Source: Penicillus capitatus (taxonomy: Eukaryota > Plantae > Chlorophyta). Taken from it: a stretch of DNA of 64,000 nt. Position numbers and translations under genes: made by a program. Every line of letters starts with the position of its first letter. Positions within the stretch are counted from its first letter, which is position 1. Positions 60,964 to 64,000 of this stretch are shown here, piece by piece. Under the pieces are notes generated by a model, which had not been told where the DNA came from, did no database searches, and saw only the letters and a list, made by a program, of their open reading frames with translations. Where the stretch lies: contig OZ287697.1 in the NCBI GenBank assembly GCA_965649825.1, positions 186,001 through 250,000 on the forward strand, given 5' to 3'.

Positions 60964-63900
60964 CTAAACAACTGGCACAGTTGGATACAATAACGCAGCA
61001 AGGGCATATCGAGTCTTATCGGAGCAATTGGCATCATCCGCAACACAGACAAGGTTGAACGGGATCATTCCGAAAATGTTTACACTCAGCTTCGATGCAC
61101 CAGCTGCAACAAGATCCTGTCCAGACAGAGTTTTATTCTACTGGCAATGCGAGTGAGGCAAGTTACTCTTGCAATGGCTAAATGTCCGTTGTACGATGCG
61201 AGATGAAGTGGCGTCCATAATCTCTGCTCAACGGCGTTGACATTCGCTCCATGGTCGACGAGAATCTATGACGAAATATTTACTTTACAGTGATGTGGAT
61301 AAGGCTTGCGGTCGACCTTTGCGATCTCTCTGTGCCCCTCGCTTGCTGCGCAATGCAACGGAGTCATTTTGGTGTTGCTAGCGTGAACGTCGATCGTTGC
61401 ACCGTGATCGATGAGGATCTGCGAACAGACACCCACTAGTTGTGTCGTAGGGTAAAGCGACGAAGAGCAACCAACCTTTGTCGTCTCGATCTGTCCATCG
61501 AGGACAGCCAAGTGAAGTGGTGTCTGTTCTGTTTCTCCAACGCTGTCAACGTCAGCACCGTGCTCGATCAAAACCTGGACAGTTATCGATGACGGGTGCT
61601 GGAGAGGTTAGATGCCTGAGAATGTACCTCAGCTGCTCGGATGTGTTTTCCAACAATAGCCTCAATGAGTGGTGTCAAATTATTCTGGTCAACAGCCTCG
61701 GTATCTGCTCCGTGATTGATGAGCAACTGTGATCAGATATCCGCTGCAAATGTTGTCTGGATGTGTGATGGTTTACTTCGATCAGTTTAATATTTCCTCT
61801 CTGTACCGCTTGATGCAGCGAAGTCCGTCCATCGCATGGTGTAGCAGTGACATCCGCTCCACGCTCCATGAGAATCTGTGGATGTTGGCCCAGTTTGCAG
61901 AAAAGCTACTCTTAACAGATAGGCCTCCACCTGTGCAATGACGTTGTTATTCTGCAACACAGCTTTATACAGTGGCTGATGTCCTTTGTTGTCAACGGCG
62001 TCAATTTTGGCTCCGTTGTCAATCAACAACTGCAGATCATTCTATGCTCAAAGGTTGTTATCGAACAGATAAGGAGCCCACCTCAACGATTTCAATGCAG
62101 TTATAATACGCCGCCTGGTGCAAAGGAGTCCATCCATCTGGCATGACAGCAGTAACGTTCGCTCCGTGATCAATGAGAAACTGGATGGAGGTGAGTGTGA
62201 TCGTTCGGAGGAATTGGAAGCTCAATGTGACGTCACCTTTGCAACCTTGACATGACTATTTCGGAGAGCTGTGTTCAGCGGCTGATATCCTCTATTGTTC
62301 ACTGCGGCTATATCCGCACCGTGATTTACGAGAATCTATGCATGTGCAGAAGAGTGACCAGATCAGATCGGACATTCAGTACCTCTGCAGTCTCGATATG
62401 TCCGTCATAAGCTGCCATATGGAGCGGTGTATTTCCCTCGATACCAACGGCCTGAATGTTTGCTCCGTTATCGACGAGGATCTATAGAGGCCACATATGC
62501 AATCTCGCAAAGTAAGAGGTAGGAGCTGAAGTTCACCCTGGCGACTTCGACGTGTCCTGCAAAGACTGCGACGTGCAGTGGGGTCATATGATAATTTGCA
62601 ACAGCATCAATTGCTGCCCCATGATCGATAAGACTCTGGGAACATATACTGAGTGCCCTTGAAGGAATGGATGAGAGATTACTTGTGCGATTTCTGCATT
62701 TTCTATTGAGGCTGCACAATGGAGCGGCGCCATTCCATCTTGCCCCACACTGGCGTTCACATCTGCTTCGTGATCGAGGAGAATCTGCCAATAGATCACC
62801 AATGCACGAGCGACGTTTACTGGATCCAATACATTCACCTCGACGATTTTTAGGTATCCACGTGAAGTGGCTAGATGAAGAGGCGTTTCTCCAAAGACTG
62901 AGGCTGGACTAACTTCTGCCCCATTGTCAAGAAGAAGCTGCACAGCGAACCACAGATCTACAGATTGCCCCTCACCACCGTTGCCGTACCTCGACGATCT
63001 CGATGTATCCGAAAAATGCTGCCTTATGGAGGGCACTCCAATTGCCGAGAAGACGGCCATTGACATCCGCTCGATACTCGATAAGGAGCTGCGTATGGAT
63101 GACCGGGCTCAGGGTAGAAACGCATTCGATACGCCATTCACCTTTGCTATTTCAGCGAAATCATGAGACGCTGCATAGAGAAGACTCGTCCATCTATTAT
63201 CCTTGGTAAAATTGGCATCCGCTCCACTTTCCAGAAGTGCCTAGACATCTCACGCTCACATAATCTCCATGCAACGGCGGAGATCCCAATGCACTTTCAT
63301 GACAACAAAATGTCTGTTAACGCATGCCTCGAACAAAGGAGTTTCGTCCCTATTGCTCACAACATCGATGTTGGCTCCGTGTGAGATCAGGATCTGTGAG
63401 TCACTCACGAGGTCCAGATCACGATAGGGATGCGATGTTACCTTTGTCACACTCAAATGCCCTTTGGATGCTGCGCCGTGCAAAGAACAGCGGCCATCGT
63501 TGTCGACAGCGTCGACATCGCCTCCGTTTTCCAGTAGCACCTTCAGCGATCGGATTATCGGATCAGACAGCAAGATCGATCCCTATGTCTCACCTCCACT
63601 GTCTCGCCCTGCCCATTGAGTGACGCTAAATGCAGCGGTGTTTGACCCTCTTTGTTGACAGCATCGGTATGCGCTCCGTTTTGGATAAGTATCTGATCAG
63701 AATCGACCATGGCGTCGAAGAGTGCAATGTGGAGCCGGTCTACCATGATGATCTGACTGTGTCCTCCTTCTGCTGCCTTGTGCAGGGCCGTTGCGCCTCC
63801 CTGTTCCACAGCGCTCACATTGGCTCCACGATCCACCAGCCACTGTTGCCGTTTGAATCTCCGTGACAAGCATCTCGGCGTGGCGATGTCTCACCTCGAC

Positions 63901-63996
63901 AACCTCTGTGACGCCGGCACTCGCGGCCACGAGAAGAGCCGTCCAGCCAAACTTGTCGGAGCTTTCTATATCGGCGACATCCTCCTCAAGGAGCAA
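60964..63996 (-). CDS. Second ankyrin-repeat gene, 3' part (continues past the right edge)
   Basis: 19 phase-0 exons of 99 or 102 nt (63996-63895 through 61265-61167), plus terminal exon 61116-60964 homologous to the terminal exon at 43397-43260. Confidence 0.85.
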
Positions 63997-64000
63997 CTAA

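Overview
Eukaryotic genomic DNA with very short introns (mostly 45-65 bp). A conserved TGTAA downstream of genes and inside LTRs points to a chlorophyte green alga (inference). Contents: (1) a tandem array of 12 cytochrome P450 genes on the minus strand (one cut by the left edge, 10 apparently intact, one frameshifted), with the same 3-exon, phase-0 structure in every complete copy. (2) A young, intact 5.27-kb Ty3/Gypsy LTR retrotransposon inserted antisense in a 52-bp P450 intron. (3) Two ankyrin-repeat genes built with one 33-aa repeat per ~99-nt exon. The first lies directly downstream of a secreted trypsin-family protease and can be spliced in frame to it. (4) One secreted Cys-rich orphan gene on the plus strand. 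(5) Many small mobile elements, several validated against an empty site in a local segmental duplication: five solo-LTR-like inserts, two TRIM copies with 4-bp TSDs, a LINE-ORF1-like element in two copies, and a diverged solo LTR of the Gypsy family. All exon models, alignments and identities were read by eye; no database search was run. No rRNA, tRNA or CRISPR features were found.
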